Shown here in pieces: positions 52,267-64,000 of a DNA stretch of 64,000 bases. A program made the position numbers and the translations under genes. The notes under the pieces were generated by a model. It did not search any database. It had not been told where the DNA came from and was given only the letters and a program-made list of their open reading frames with translations. Each line of letters begins with the position of its first letter. Position 1 is the stretch's first letter. This stretch comes from Antedon mediterranea (taxonomy: Eukaryota; Animalia; Echinodermata): NCBI RefSeq assembly GCF_964355755.1, contig NC_092675.1:4025812-4089811 (forward strand), read 5' to 3'.

Positions 52267-52529
52267 AAAAACACTAATACTGTATTGAATCAACTATAGT
52301 GAAAAATACTTGTTTGATTATGATGCCTTATTATTATTATCGTGTCGTAATACCCGCTACTACACGCCGTAAAAAATGCGTTATTGTTGTGATTAATGTA
52401 GTATTGTTGTAGTAAAAAACGCCATATGGTTTTATCTCACGTCACATATTGATATTGACAAAATAAATGAACTAAAGGTGCTGTAACGAATATAATTTGT
52501 AGACCTCTAACAGTGGAAATCACGTTCGA

Positions 52530-55500
52530 ATGGTTAACACACTCGTTATGGAACTCTTGCTATTTCTGATAATTTTATCGTCTGGTTTAAGTCAAACTGT
52601 TCCTGATATTACGACGAATGATATTAATACCGATGATTTAAAGTTAGCAAGATTAGATCCAGTAGCCGTAAGTATTAATTAGCGGTTTCTGATAATTTTA
52701 TTTGTTCCTACCCTGGTTGACAGTAATGGTTCGTCGCGTTCTGACCAGGGACAGTGCAGTACTGTTTTAAAATCTGTTTTACCATTGTATTTGTATTTAT
52801 TCGCATCTGTTTTTCCCGTTTGGTTCTTGGATGTATAATTATTACCGTATTTAAATACTTTTATTTATTTGTTCTTTATACTGGGTTGCCTCTTCAGTCT
52901 CAGACTGTTCTCCCAGTAATTCAGCTTCGGCTGCGACAGTGAATAAAAAACTTGAAACTTGAACTTGAAGGAACAACATTTTTATAAATACAGTATGATG
53001 CACAAACCAAGTAACCATAACCGTTTTGTGAAATCTTTTGAAACATCTCTACATCGTATGTATCCCCACCATAGCCCCCATCAACGGGGTCCCCAAACCA
53101 AAGTTTGCAATGACTATTATTAATGGCAATCCCTTCAGTTTGCTGACCATCTCAAACCGATCTAGCATAACTAGCACCAAAGGTAGTTAAAATGTGTCCA
53201 AAATACTGAGATAACACCTCTCTGTTATTGTTAATAAACAATATCATTCAAATTAATCAATTACGTGTACGTGTCCTTTTTCATCATATGAGACAATGTA
53301 AACAGTCAACAGATTTAACTGTTCTCAATCAATCGTTCAACAATATATGCCAACGAGACATAACTTGGTAACTATGTTTTATATGGGTGTAATGAAATAA
53401 AATGTTCAGTATCAATTCTCGTACAAATAACGCCATGGTTGGCTATGTTTAGTGTGTAACTGTTCGGCCATTTTGAAATCCAAAATGGCCGCTTTTCCTT
53501 GTTGGCCATCCTTCTATTTTATGTTTTTTTACCCTAATGAATAATGGTGCCAAGTTTCAGAATGTTATCATAATTTGTAGGATTGGTTCACTTAACAGGC
53601 CTACTATTGATAAAAACACCACACAGTCCTAAGTCATGACAGATAACTAAATATGTAAATGGTCTCAAATTCATATCCGAAATGCTGTATGGATTATTCC
53701 GAACCTTTTAGTGGAAGTATTTGGCCATCTTCGTAATTAAAGTACCAGGGTTATTTTGCACTTGGGTAAAGTAAGGTTTGGCTGAAAATTCGCCATATTG
53801 GTAATTGTTTTATTTCTGTAACACTGGTGGTCTAAAAAGTTATTTTGCAAATTTGTTTTACTATTCTTTCTGCAAAATCAAATATTGTTTTATAGGTTGG
53901 CCATGAGCAGACACTACAACTGAAAACTGGTAAAACGGTAACTATAAAGACGGCGGCCGTACATCCTCCACTTTTTGGTATGTAACGCTGTCACTGAACA
54001 AAATATATAAATATGCAAATTAGCTTTAAAATCCATAGTTTCTCCTAAACTAATAATGCATTCATTACAATGTTTGTGGCAAACCTTATATTTGCATACC
54101 CAATGAACACATTGAAAGCATTTTCAGTGATCAAATACCATGTATAACATGTGAATATGTAATTAAACTCACGCGTGATTTTTGTCCAAAATAAACATTT
54201 TTTCTGGAAATGTTGGTTTACATAACCGGCTACCCTTTCTATTATTTTTATGCACCACGAACATTATCACCAGATCACTAATGATGCGATTTTATTTGTA
54301 AATTGCATTATTTATAATTGACTGAACTGTATGTGCAATTTTAGAGATTTTATACATATTGTGTACTATATACTTCAACCTGTCACCTGTGTAACTAACT
54401 GAGTCCTCATGATTCTCACAGGTTGCAGTACATTCTAATTTTACTTGTGACAGTCATTACATGCAGTAGATCATTTTAGAAGAAATGATATTTCATTGTA
54501 TTTAATAGTGATTAAAAAGAAAATTAAAAACAAAAATTGAAAAAAGGTGTAATAGCCTAATACTTTAATAACATGTGTTTTTTCTCGAATTCTAAAAGAT
54601 TCAAAGTTGCACAGAAAATGGATTGAACTTCTGTATACATAATTTCATGTACTAGATGGTACGCTCGCTTCGCTCGCGTACCATCTAGGTCGTGCCCACA
54701 GATGGTTCTCGAATACATAATAATTTCAGCGTTAAAAAACTGGCGATTTCAAATGTATGTACAATAATACATGTCGTTTACAGGAAAGAATAAATAGACA
54801 ATGATTTATGTACTCAACTAAAATTAGCACCCTGAGAATTACTTCCGAAAGAGAAACTTGTCACAAAATGAGACCAATTGTTTAAGTCAAATTTAAACAA
54901 ACTTAATTTGTGTTTTGTATGTAACATTAGGGGTGAGGGATGGGGAAGAGGATGGGTGCAAAGAGGAACAATTTTTAAATATATTAAATATATTCTTTAT
55001 CCATTTAGTAACGAAATATTAATTGTTTTCATGTTTTACAAATAATATACCACTAAACACAGTAAAACATTGCTATGTAATACTTTGTTGAAACTATCAC
55101 CGTCCTAGTCGATTGAAATAGTACAGTACATGTAACGATACATCACTACGACGTGTATGTTTATATAATGTAAAACAATTTGTGAAAACCACCTCCATTC
55201 GAGGAAAATCATAAATTCGATTTAATCGTCAATAAATATTAAATTATCTAACTCAACTTAATTAGTAGGCCTAATGGTTTTCAATTGTTTCTTAGAGCCA
55301 ATTCATACTTAAGTTGGTTCTTACCCTACCCACCAAAGTTGTTCTGCGTTTAGGGGATGTGATGCACCGTAGGCCTATCCTGTACTGGCTTTACAACGCT
55401 ACTCGTGCCAGTGAGGGAAGGGTGATGATGTGGGTGGTTTGTTTAAATGCAATAATAAAGATGTTTACATAATATACTGCGACTGAAAACGCTAGCTCAT

Positions 55501-58500
55501 TATCCGTTTAAAAAAAATTATATCCAACCTCTGCAGCACAGATTGAAAAAAAAAATGGATCAAATTTCTGTTATGAGTATACAGTACTTGCCTTTACGAC
55601 GCCTGAGGAAATAGACACTTGTGGAACAGAGATTGGAATGTTCCATTCATCGCAAATCAATACATTTGTATAAACGTATATTAAATCTATCAAAATAGTA
55701 TTTTTTAAAGAAAAGCGGCCTGTCTTCATCATTATGATGCTGTACTCGAGCTGTTCAACCGGTTTTCAGCCATTAAAAACAATTATCGTAGGAGGAGATA
55801 GGAAAATGCGAAGCATCCTCGTATTATTGTCTGTGGGTATTTTTCAAGACGAACATCCATTAGACAGTGTATACCACGATCGAAAAACACCCCTATTTGG
55901 GGCAAATCGTTGAACCTAAATTCGTTTTAATTGTCAATAACTAATTATCTAACTCAATTTAATTAGTAAACAGGGTTACATCAGGTGGTTAAAATCAGTA
56001 CCGAGATTCTAACCAACTTTATATACCATCGAGTAAACATTCTAGAAATAACGCGCGATTTACCGAATTTTGCCCTTACGTAAATTTATATATAGATACT
56101 TTTACGTATGTTAACTTGTTATCATTATAATGTTTTTTTCACTCCATTTGAAAACCGACGGTTTTCCGACGGCATTATTATGTGCGACATGTGGTATAGG
56201 TTTTTTTTTTTTTTAACTTACATTTATTTTTTAGAATATTGTTATATGGACTTTGTTCTGAAATAAAAGTGAATTGAATTGAATTAACCATGTAAGTGTT
56301 TTTTAAAGTACAGGTAATGTACTGATTTGGTAAGTTTCAAACTAGACTGTACCCTGGTCTTCTTCTTTGCCATTATGAGATTGAGAACTACGGACATGTA
56401 TTGCATCAATACAAAGAAAGAAATGCCACAAAAACAGAATCCTCTGGTAAGGAACTGACTTTTAACACAGGCATAACCATCATAAGATACTAATGCAATG
56501 CAAGATCATTAAAAATAAGGTCTTTGTCAATAAACATTGCATCGCATTTTTGAAATTTCTTATGACTATAGTCAATAAATAGCAATCACACTCACCCAAC
56601 AATATTAAGCGATCTTTTCTATTTCAAGATTTCCTTTTAAAATATATTAGTCAGAATGATTTGTTATTAATTGTGAAAATGACAACAAAAAATGATCTTG
56701 GAAAATCTATACCCTATAACACAGTTCAAAATCTGCTAGCTGCCAAGATTGCTCACAAATAATTACAGAAAATACAAACCTTTATATGCCTTTATCCAGA
56801 AGGTAAACTCCCAAAAAAAGGTTGATTTTTTAAACAAAAATCACTAAAGTGTGACCTAAATTGCGTTTTCACATGTTATACATGGTATTTGATCACTGAA
56901 AATGCTTTCAATGTGTTCATTGGGTATGAAAACATAATTGTAATAAATGGATTATTAATATTATTAGTTTAGGAGTGGAAGCCGTTATACATGGTATGTG
57001 ATTACTGAAAATGCTTTTAATGTGTTTATTGGGTATGAAAACATAGGGGTTGCCACAAATATTATTGTAATGGGTTATTCGTTTAGGAGATTTCGCGAAA
57101 ATATAGGTTTTATAGCTAATTTGCATATTTACGCTCATTTGCATATGAAGGCGGTGGATGACAAAGGGTTGATTTGTTGTACGTGATCAGAACAACATAT
57201 ACATTCATTTAAAACTGAAAAACCTTTGCCTACCATTTTGTTCCGGTCATAAGATTCAGTAGCCTATTTACAATAATAAAAATACTTTTTGTCTGTTTTT
57301 TTATGTATCTATGTAAAGCGCCTCTGAACATGTTTTTCATGAAACGGGCGCTATATACAAAACCATAACTATAGATTGTAGATACCGGTAATCTAACCCG
57401 CGCATGATCATAATAAAATTGATTATGATAAGGCCTACAATATAGTCTACTTTTACTTTTATTAGAGATAGAAAACTTTCTTGATGATAGTGAATGTGAA
57501 CATATAAAAAGCATTGCCGAGAAGAAGAATAAATGGAAAGAAAGCGTCACTCTACCAAAAGACAGTTTTCGAACTGGTAAAGAAGAGGGAACTCATAAAT
57601 TGATTGATTTCCAAACAGCCGACAAGAACAAAGATAATTTTGTCGATTTCTTAGAATTTTGGTATGCAAGACCTCCTGTTCAGAACGCCATGATAACTAT
57701 CGAGGATATTCCAGAATTTGTTCAATTATATAATTATGACGTAGATGGAGATGAGAAGTTGACAAAGGAAGAGTTTGATCAAATTGACGTTAAGTTAATT
57801 TATGAATGGACATATAAAAAGATGGAGCTGGATATGAAAAAACAAGGAAGAATTAGCAATCAAGTCTGGGTTACACATGAATCTGATCAGTTCTTAATTG
57901 AATTAAAAGAAAGGTAGGCCTAACGAATTCATTAAAACATGGAACTTTGTGCATTAACAGGGAACACCGAAACAAAACAAGATACAACACCAGAATATAA
58001 GACACTTCCTTAAAGGATAACTTTACCGAGAACCATATCTTGACAACGTATTAGGGATGTACATATGATTTCAGAACAATTGCGAGATTTACGATATCGC
58101 CGCACGCGCTCACCGTACAGCCGTCGCCGTAAATTGCTGTGACGTCGCAGGTGCATGGCAAAATCTACCTCTTAAGTTTCGATTGTTAACATATAAAGAT
58201 ATGTACCTGTCATTTAAATTGCTATTTTGACCTGCATTAGACTTAAATTTGCCCAAATGTTTAGTCTGTTATTTTGAAGAAACACTTCAAAACGTAAATC
58301 TCGCACTTGTTCTGAAATCATATGTACATCCCTAAGACGTGGTCAAAATATGATCCTCGGTAAAGTTGTCCTTTAAGACATCGACCACCCAAATAAGGAA
58401 ATCATTTCCATTTAACGATAATATCTCTATATAATGTTGTTTTATCTAGAGTGGCTTCATTAACAGGCTTGCCACTGCGGCTAATCAACGCAGCTGAACC

Positions 58501-61500
58501 GATGCAGGTATTTATTGACACTTTGATATTAGAGAACGTTCGATATGCGTGACAACAGACTTAATAATTAAGCATTACGTCATTTATCTATTAGTCGTCG
58601 TCCGCTCTGAAAACTTGATTTTGAGAAAGTTTAAAATTAGACTTGCCCCAAGTCTGTATTCATTGTCTTTTTTATTTATTTTTTTTTTAAATTTCGATTT
58701 CAAGCCAAGTAGTATACGTATGAAACGCCATATGTGCCAAAATAGAAGACAAAACTCCGTCTGGAACCCAGACTAGTTTAAAATTTAAATAATAACAAGT
58801 TCGTCACATGGACCTAAGAAGCAATCACATTTCCACAAAATTATGCAAATGGCTCCATTATAACATCATAAGTCCTGGTCATCTAAATCAAAGGTTTTTT
58901 TCCTATACAAAATCAGTAGTATAGTTCTCTATCTTGTACATAATTCAAACATCCTGTTTTCTGGATCTCTTGTATAGATCTATATCTATATGAATATGCA
59001 CACATACCTATATTCTACAATAATAATAATAATACAATAATTTTTTTATACTGAATAATTATATTTAAATCTTATGACAGATTCAATATATTCTCCAATG
59101 AAATGAATTATTGTTGATTTATAATATTTATGAACAATTATAAATTATCGAATTCATACAGGTTGTACATTATGGCGTTGGTGGCCATTATCATGCTCAT
59201 TTTGATTCAGAGACCATTAACAAAGACCGGGGTTGCATACATACACGGCAGATTGATGGTGTAGAAGGACATGTTCCACTCGACTACAAAAAATACCGAC
59301 TATGCAGGTATGACAAAATGAGTTAATAGTAAATAGGCGTGGCCTACATCCTTTTCGCTTTTGCCGATCTTTCTTTCTCTTTCTTTCTTTCGCCGATCTT
59401 TGCGTTGAAATACTTTACATACATCCCAATTAAATACATACTCAATATTATTTGATATGAATAAAATGTAATTTCAAACTTGACTTCCTCCAAATCTGTA
59501 GTTATTGTCTTTCAACGTTTTGATTTTTGTCTGAAAATGAGTATTATATTATACGTATGAAACGCCACATGTGCCAAAATATTTGTCTTTACTAATTACC
59601 GGCTACAACCTAGTCTATTTTTAAACGTACAAATGGAAGCAGTTCCTATCTATTGAAACGAATTACCTTATTTGCAGCTATTGTTTTTATTCACCGTTTC
59701 ACTAAGTAACAATTAAACTAATTATTAATTTTATGTATAAAATAATATTTCTTGTACATTGTATTAACAATAATGTAATCACTTTTTTGGGGTGTCACGA
59801 AACCTAAGACCACGAAGCTAAGACCCCCTAAGACCTAAGATCACGAAAGCTAAGACCCAAGACATAAGATTACAAATATTTATCTTTCGCACCTGCCTTG
59901 TATTTTAACTCCCAACATTTATTCTGAATACCACACCTTAGAATTGGCACTTTCATGAAAAAGAATCACATAAAAAGTAACAAATACATTTTTAAATTGA
60001 TGATTTTACAGACGTTTTTCTCGCACACAAAATGACTAGCCTCTACAGCACACTAGAAGTAGGCCTACCCCATGTTCAATGTTTTTGTTTCTATGGAACG
60101 TCAAAAGAGCAAAAATTATATAGAGGGCTGAAAACTCTGTGGAGTCCATCTACAGTGTGGATGGAACAATGTAAAATTAAAATTGTAATGATAATAGTAT
60201 AATCATGCAAGTACGAAGAAATAAATACTGGCAAATAAATTTTAACTTAAAAATTATGATAAGTTTTTTTGTTTCGTTTTCTTTCTGTTTTTATACTTGT
60301 ACTATTATTGTTGCTCTTTTGGCGCTCCATAGAAACAAAAACATTGAGCATGGGGAGCTCGCGAGGAGTTACATTACAGTATACAAAGAAACACGTCTGT
60401 AAAATCAGGATGGGAAAGGATTTATTTATTTGTTATTATGTGTTTCTCCTTCTGAAAGTACTTATAAGTCCTAATTTTAAAGTGTGGTATTCAGGATAAA
60501 GTTAGTCAACAAATTTGGAGTCAAAATACAAGAAAGGCAGGTGCGTAAGAAAAACATCCTCTGAACCAACACATTGGAGTAAATATATACCAACAAACAA
60601 CCCGTCAAGTTTGTTTGTTGTAAAGAAAAAATATACATTTACTCAACGGGCGAAAATAATGTTAGTTTATCTATGTTTTGCGGTAGTATTAAATTATATT
60701 TATGGTAATAAATGAAACCTACTGTGTTTAAAATTATGTATGGATAAACAAGTATTGTTTTTAAGCTGTAGTATATCTTAGAATTTGTAATCTTAGGTCT
60801 TGGGTCTTAGCTTTCGTGATCTTAGGTCTTAGGGGGTCTTAGCTTTCGTGGTCTTAGGTTTCGTGACACCCCAATTTTTTGTCAGATATGCAACGCTAAT
60901 GTATTACTTAGCTGACGTCGATGAAGGAGGCGAGACTGCATTTCCAATTGCCGATAATGCAACCACTTCTGAAGAAGTAAGATAGTATTACACACATTAA
61001 ATAAATTGTATAATTAAACATTGTATATTATACCGTGGCACAGTACACGTCGAATATTAAACGTGCAATATCTGTATTTTAGTCTTTCGACAATAAAAGC
61101 TTTAGGCCAAGTATAAATTACGAATAATATAATCGTATTATTATCATTATTTATCACAATAGAACCTTCCTCTACAGCTGAGTATAACTCTTGATGATTT
61201 TAAAGTTGTATTCTTTTAAAGACATGATGTTCTTAAAACCCTCCACTTGACAGGAATCTCACTGTCCTAAACAACCCGTTTGCTTTACGTCCCAATATTT
61301 TACCCTGTTATTAATGATGAATTACTTTATACATTTACATTAGGTTCTATTTGCCGGAGGATATCTCGGGGATTTGAGCAACCACTGTAAAGACGCCAAC
61401 TTGGTAGTAAAACCAAAAAAAGGCAAGGCTGTATTGTGGTATAACCACAAACTCAATGAAGACGGTAGGTAGCCACAACATTCATTATTTTGATAATACA

Positions 61501-62029
61501 ATTTTATATTCCTTTTTTCATATATTTATATTTAATATAAATCCAAAGGAAAATGACTGAAAAAATGACAATGATGTGCGTATCAGTGGCCGGATCACAA
61601 ACAAAAAGCGAAAAGCTAAATCAAAACGATAAAGTAAAACAGCCAGAAAAGTCAACAGGGCTTTTGGGCAACACTATCCCTTCAGCAGTGCTACATTTAA
61701 TATCGGCCTAATATAGGAATTGATAATGTAAATGTACTGTACATTCATTTGTTGTAGGATGGATTGGTGACAAAGATGTGTATTCATTTCATGGAGGTTG
61801 TGACATAATAAAGGGCATTAAATGGATAGCCAATCACTGGCTCACAGTTGACACAGAAAAAGAACGACAAATTCGTTATATGGAGTTCTGGGAGAAATCT
61901 TACGGAGGGGTGGTGCCACAGCCGCCAGTAGAGCAGCAACAGGAGGGGCAACAACAACAAGATGAGCAGCAGCAAGAAGAAGAACAACAGCCAGGAACTG
62001 ACACTCTGTTGCACCACGAGGAGCTTTAA
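52530..62029 (+). CDS. EF-hand prolyl 4-hydroxylase, P4HTM-like, copy 2 (~451 aa, C-terminal HEEL)
   Basis: Exons 52530-52667, 53896-53977, 57466-57913, 58450-58507, 59162-59307, 60886-60976, 61344-61464, 61758-62029, with the same intron positions and phases as copy 1. EF loops DKNKDNFVDFLE and [12 protein letters not shown]; HAHFD, GGETAFP, HGGC, KWIANHW intact. Confidence 0.92.
54005..57131. mobile_element. Long-TIR (foldback-type) element in intron 2 of P4HTM-like copy 2, host of the Helitron
   Basis: 54005-54170 is inverted at 56850-57131, including a ~58-bp perfect stretch CATACCCAATGAACACATTGAAAGCATTTTCAGTGATCAAATACCATGTATAACATGTGAA; part of the right arm is duplicated. Ends approximate. 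Confidence 0.7.
54652..56096 (-). mobile_element. Non-autonomous Helitron
   Basis: On the minus strand it starts TCTATATATAAA and ends with a GC-rich hairpin CTAGATGGTACGC..GCGTACCATCTAG; it sits between host A and T with no TSD. Confidence 0.78.
58014..58372. mobile_element. Kolobok-like MITE
   Basis: ~80-bp imperfect TIRs (AGGATAACTTTACCGAG..GGGATGTACATATGATTTCAGAACAA / reverse complement), AGG..CCT ends, TTAA on both flanks. Confidence 0.82.
59789..60872. mobile_element. Palindromic non-autonomous DNA transposon with GGGGTGTCACG termini
   Basis: ~88-bp near-perfect TIR built of CTAAGAC repeats, plus inner diverged inverted arms (59885-60120 vs 60300-60548). Confidence 0.85.
61535..61690 (-). 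repeat. Dispersed repeat (Penelope-like terminal fragment), copy 2
   Basis: High similarity to 51925-52080. Confidence 0.65.
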
Positions 62030-62728
62030 GACAAAAAGGCGATATTAAAACTACACTCGAAAAAGAACGACAACAGGAAAATTTTAAACGACATCAAGAA
62101 TTTCTTGAAAGACAGAAAGAAGAGTTAAACCCAGCCTCATTCAAAGAGGAACTTGTTTATCTTTATCAATGTTAACATAAATAATACATTTAACATGATA
62201 AAAAATATCTGCTGGATAAGAAAACTATTGTAAAATTAGTAAACCTAAATAAACCCGTAATAAACTTCCATTTTAACCATATGTGTCTCAGTATTTAAGC
62301 CTTAAACTTCTTTGCAGACGGCGAGAATCGTATATCAGGGAAGATTAAATTAAATTAATCATGCATAACAAAGAGTAACTAACGCCATCATACTAGAAAC
62401 GCCGTAGAGGGCAGTATAAAGATTACTTTCCACGTCACGTCGACACTTGCAGCTGATAAACAAAATATAATAAAAGTTACTACTCCTTTGTGCAGTTTTA
62501 TTCAAGAGTACGGAAGCATTAGGAAACAGTTATCATGCGGTAGCTTACCGTATAGTTTACTACGGCTGAAAAATGGGTATTTGGAAACTCGGACTGGGCA
62601 TGCGCAAAAACCAAATCGCGTCTGGGAAGAGAGAGTCTATGAAAACTTGCTGATAAATATTGAGATGCATGTAAACGGTAGTTATCGTGAGATCGCCGGC
62701 GTTTTTTAAAACTATTTCTTGTTTAAAT

Positions 62729-62822
62729 TACTACTAATACTACTACTACTAACTACTACTACTCACTACTACTACTACTACAACTTAATACTACTACTAC
62801 TACTACTACTACTACTGCTACT

Positions 62823-62886
<64 letters not shown>

Positions 62887-62957
62887 GCTACTTACTACTA
62901 TTTACTACTACTACTACTACTACTACTACTACAACTTAATACTACTACTGCTACTAG

Positions 62958-62990
<33 letters not shown>

Positions 62991-63107
62991 AACAACTACA
63001 ACAACTTAATAATACTACTACTACTACTTACTACTACTACTACTACTACTACTACTACAGCTACAACTTAATACTACTACTACTACTACTACTTACTACT
63101 ACTATTG

Positions 63108-63139
<32 letters not shown>

Positions 63140-63197
63140 GCTGCTGCTACTTAATACTACTACTACTACTACTACAACTACTACTACTACTACTACT

Positions 63198-63233
<36 letters not shown>

Positions 63234-63277
63234 AACAACTTAATACTACTACTACTTACTACTACTACTACTACTAC

Positions 63278-63336
<59 letters not shown>

Positions 63337-63360
63337 ACTGCTACTACTACTACAACTTAA

Positions 63361-63394
<34 letters not shown>

Positions 63395-63400
63395 GCTACT

Positions 63401-63442
<42 letters not shown>

Positions 63443-63446
63443 AATT

Positions 63447-63497
<51 letters not shown>

Positions 63498-63517
63498 AAC
63501 TTAATACTACTACTACT

Positions 63518-63551
<34 letters not shown>

Positions 63552-63592
63552 GCTACTACTACTACAACAACTTACTACTACTACTACTATAC
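62729..63592. repeat. Interrupted (TAC)n microsatellite, ~860 bp
   Basis: Direct reading; recurrent ACAACTTAAT and TACTTAC interruptions. Confidence 0.97.
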
Positions 63593-63911
63593 TAGTAGTG
63601 TAAACACGTTGAAACAAGTTCCGTGAGCCTATTAGATATATTTTCAACCCGATTATTTTACGTTATCATGTCTAACGACAATAAACATCACCTTTACTAT
63701 AACCTTTCTCTTATAAATTACGGTTTATGGCTCCTCCTGATACCGAGAATCGCCAATAGATAAACAAGCTCTTTATCAAATTCAATCAGGTGGTTCTTCC
63801 ACTTAGTTGACTCAATAAAATATATACAAACATCGACATATGTTCAGCAAGAAATCAGTTGTCAAATCCCGTACAAACGTCGATAACGGTCTTTACAATA
63901 GTTTTTCTAAA

Positions 63912-64000
63912 ATGTTAGCCATGCATTTGCTACTTTTGTTCCTACTGCTACCATTTGTCTCAAGTCAAATTGACACGGAATATTTTAGTAACGAAAAGAC
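63912..64000 (+). CDS. Probable first exon (signal peptide) of a further secretory gene, possibly a third P4HTM-like copy; truncated by window end
   Basis: ATG opens MLAMHLLLLFLLLPFVSSQIDTEYFSNEK..., open to the window end; resembles exon 1 of copy 2 (MELLLFLIILSSGLSQ) and is in the same orientation. Confidence 0.5.
   Translation, partial: MLAMHLLLLFLLLPFVSSQIDTEYFSNEK

Noticed and set aside
61640-61692. Penelope-associated hammerhead on the minus strand
   Set aside because: Core is degenerate (CTGCTGA, CAAAA instead of CGAAA), and the other copy lacks the 5' half.
62021-62050. Programmed frameshift at CTT TAA into the relict tail
   Set aside because: A +1 shift meets a stop within six codons; the tail is in the -1 frame and there is no canonical slippery heptamer.
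62719-63626. Poly-Thr/Leu/Tyr ORFs
   Set aside because: Translations of the (TAC)n microsatellite.

Overview
AT-rich, intron-containing animal genomic DNA, probably a marine invertebrate deuterostome such as an echinoderm (inferred from repeat families and composition). The first ~19 kb has no gene I can support, only SINEs, MITEs, minisatellites and a few enhancer-like patches. The rest is gene-dense, and I assembled these genes by hand with consistent splice phases: CAAP1 (- strand); GAR1 (+, with a U12-type minor intron); a 4-TM MS4A/CD20-like gene; IFT25/HSPB11; and a tandem array of EF-hand prolyl-4-hydroxylase (P4HTM-like) genes (two complete, a probable third starting at the window end). 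The P4HTM-like copies look like soluble ER-lumenal enzymes (signal peptide plus RNEL/HEEL). Mobile DNA includes a MULE with PHD/FLYWCH remnants and a 9-bp TSD between CAAP1 and GAR1, a 5S-derived SINE3, CORE- and Meta-type SINEs, Harbinger- and Kolobok-like MITEs, a Helitron nested in a long-TIR element, and a hAT-like element with a 5-bp TSD. The most interesting leads are the P4HTM-like array (patchy gene conversion, relict KEEL tail), a candidate H/ACA RNA inside the GAR1 U12 intron, AGGCCT/CTAG tracts just downstream of first exons, and repeats abutting 3' splice sites. No database searches were run; family assignments are from motif recognition.
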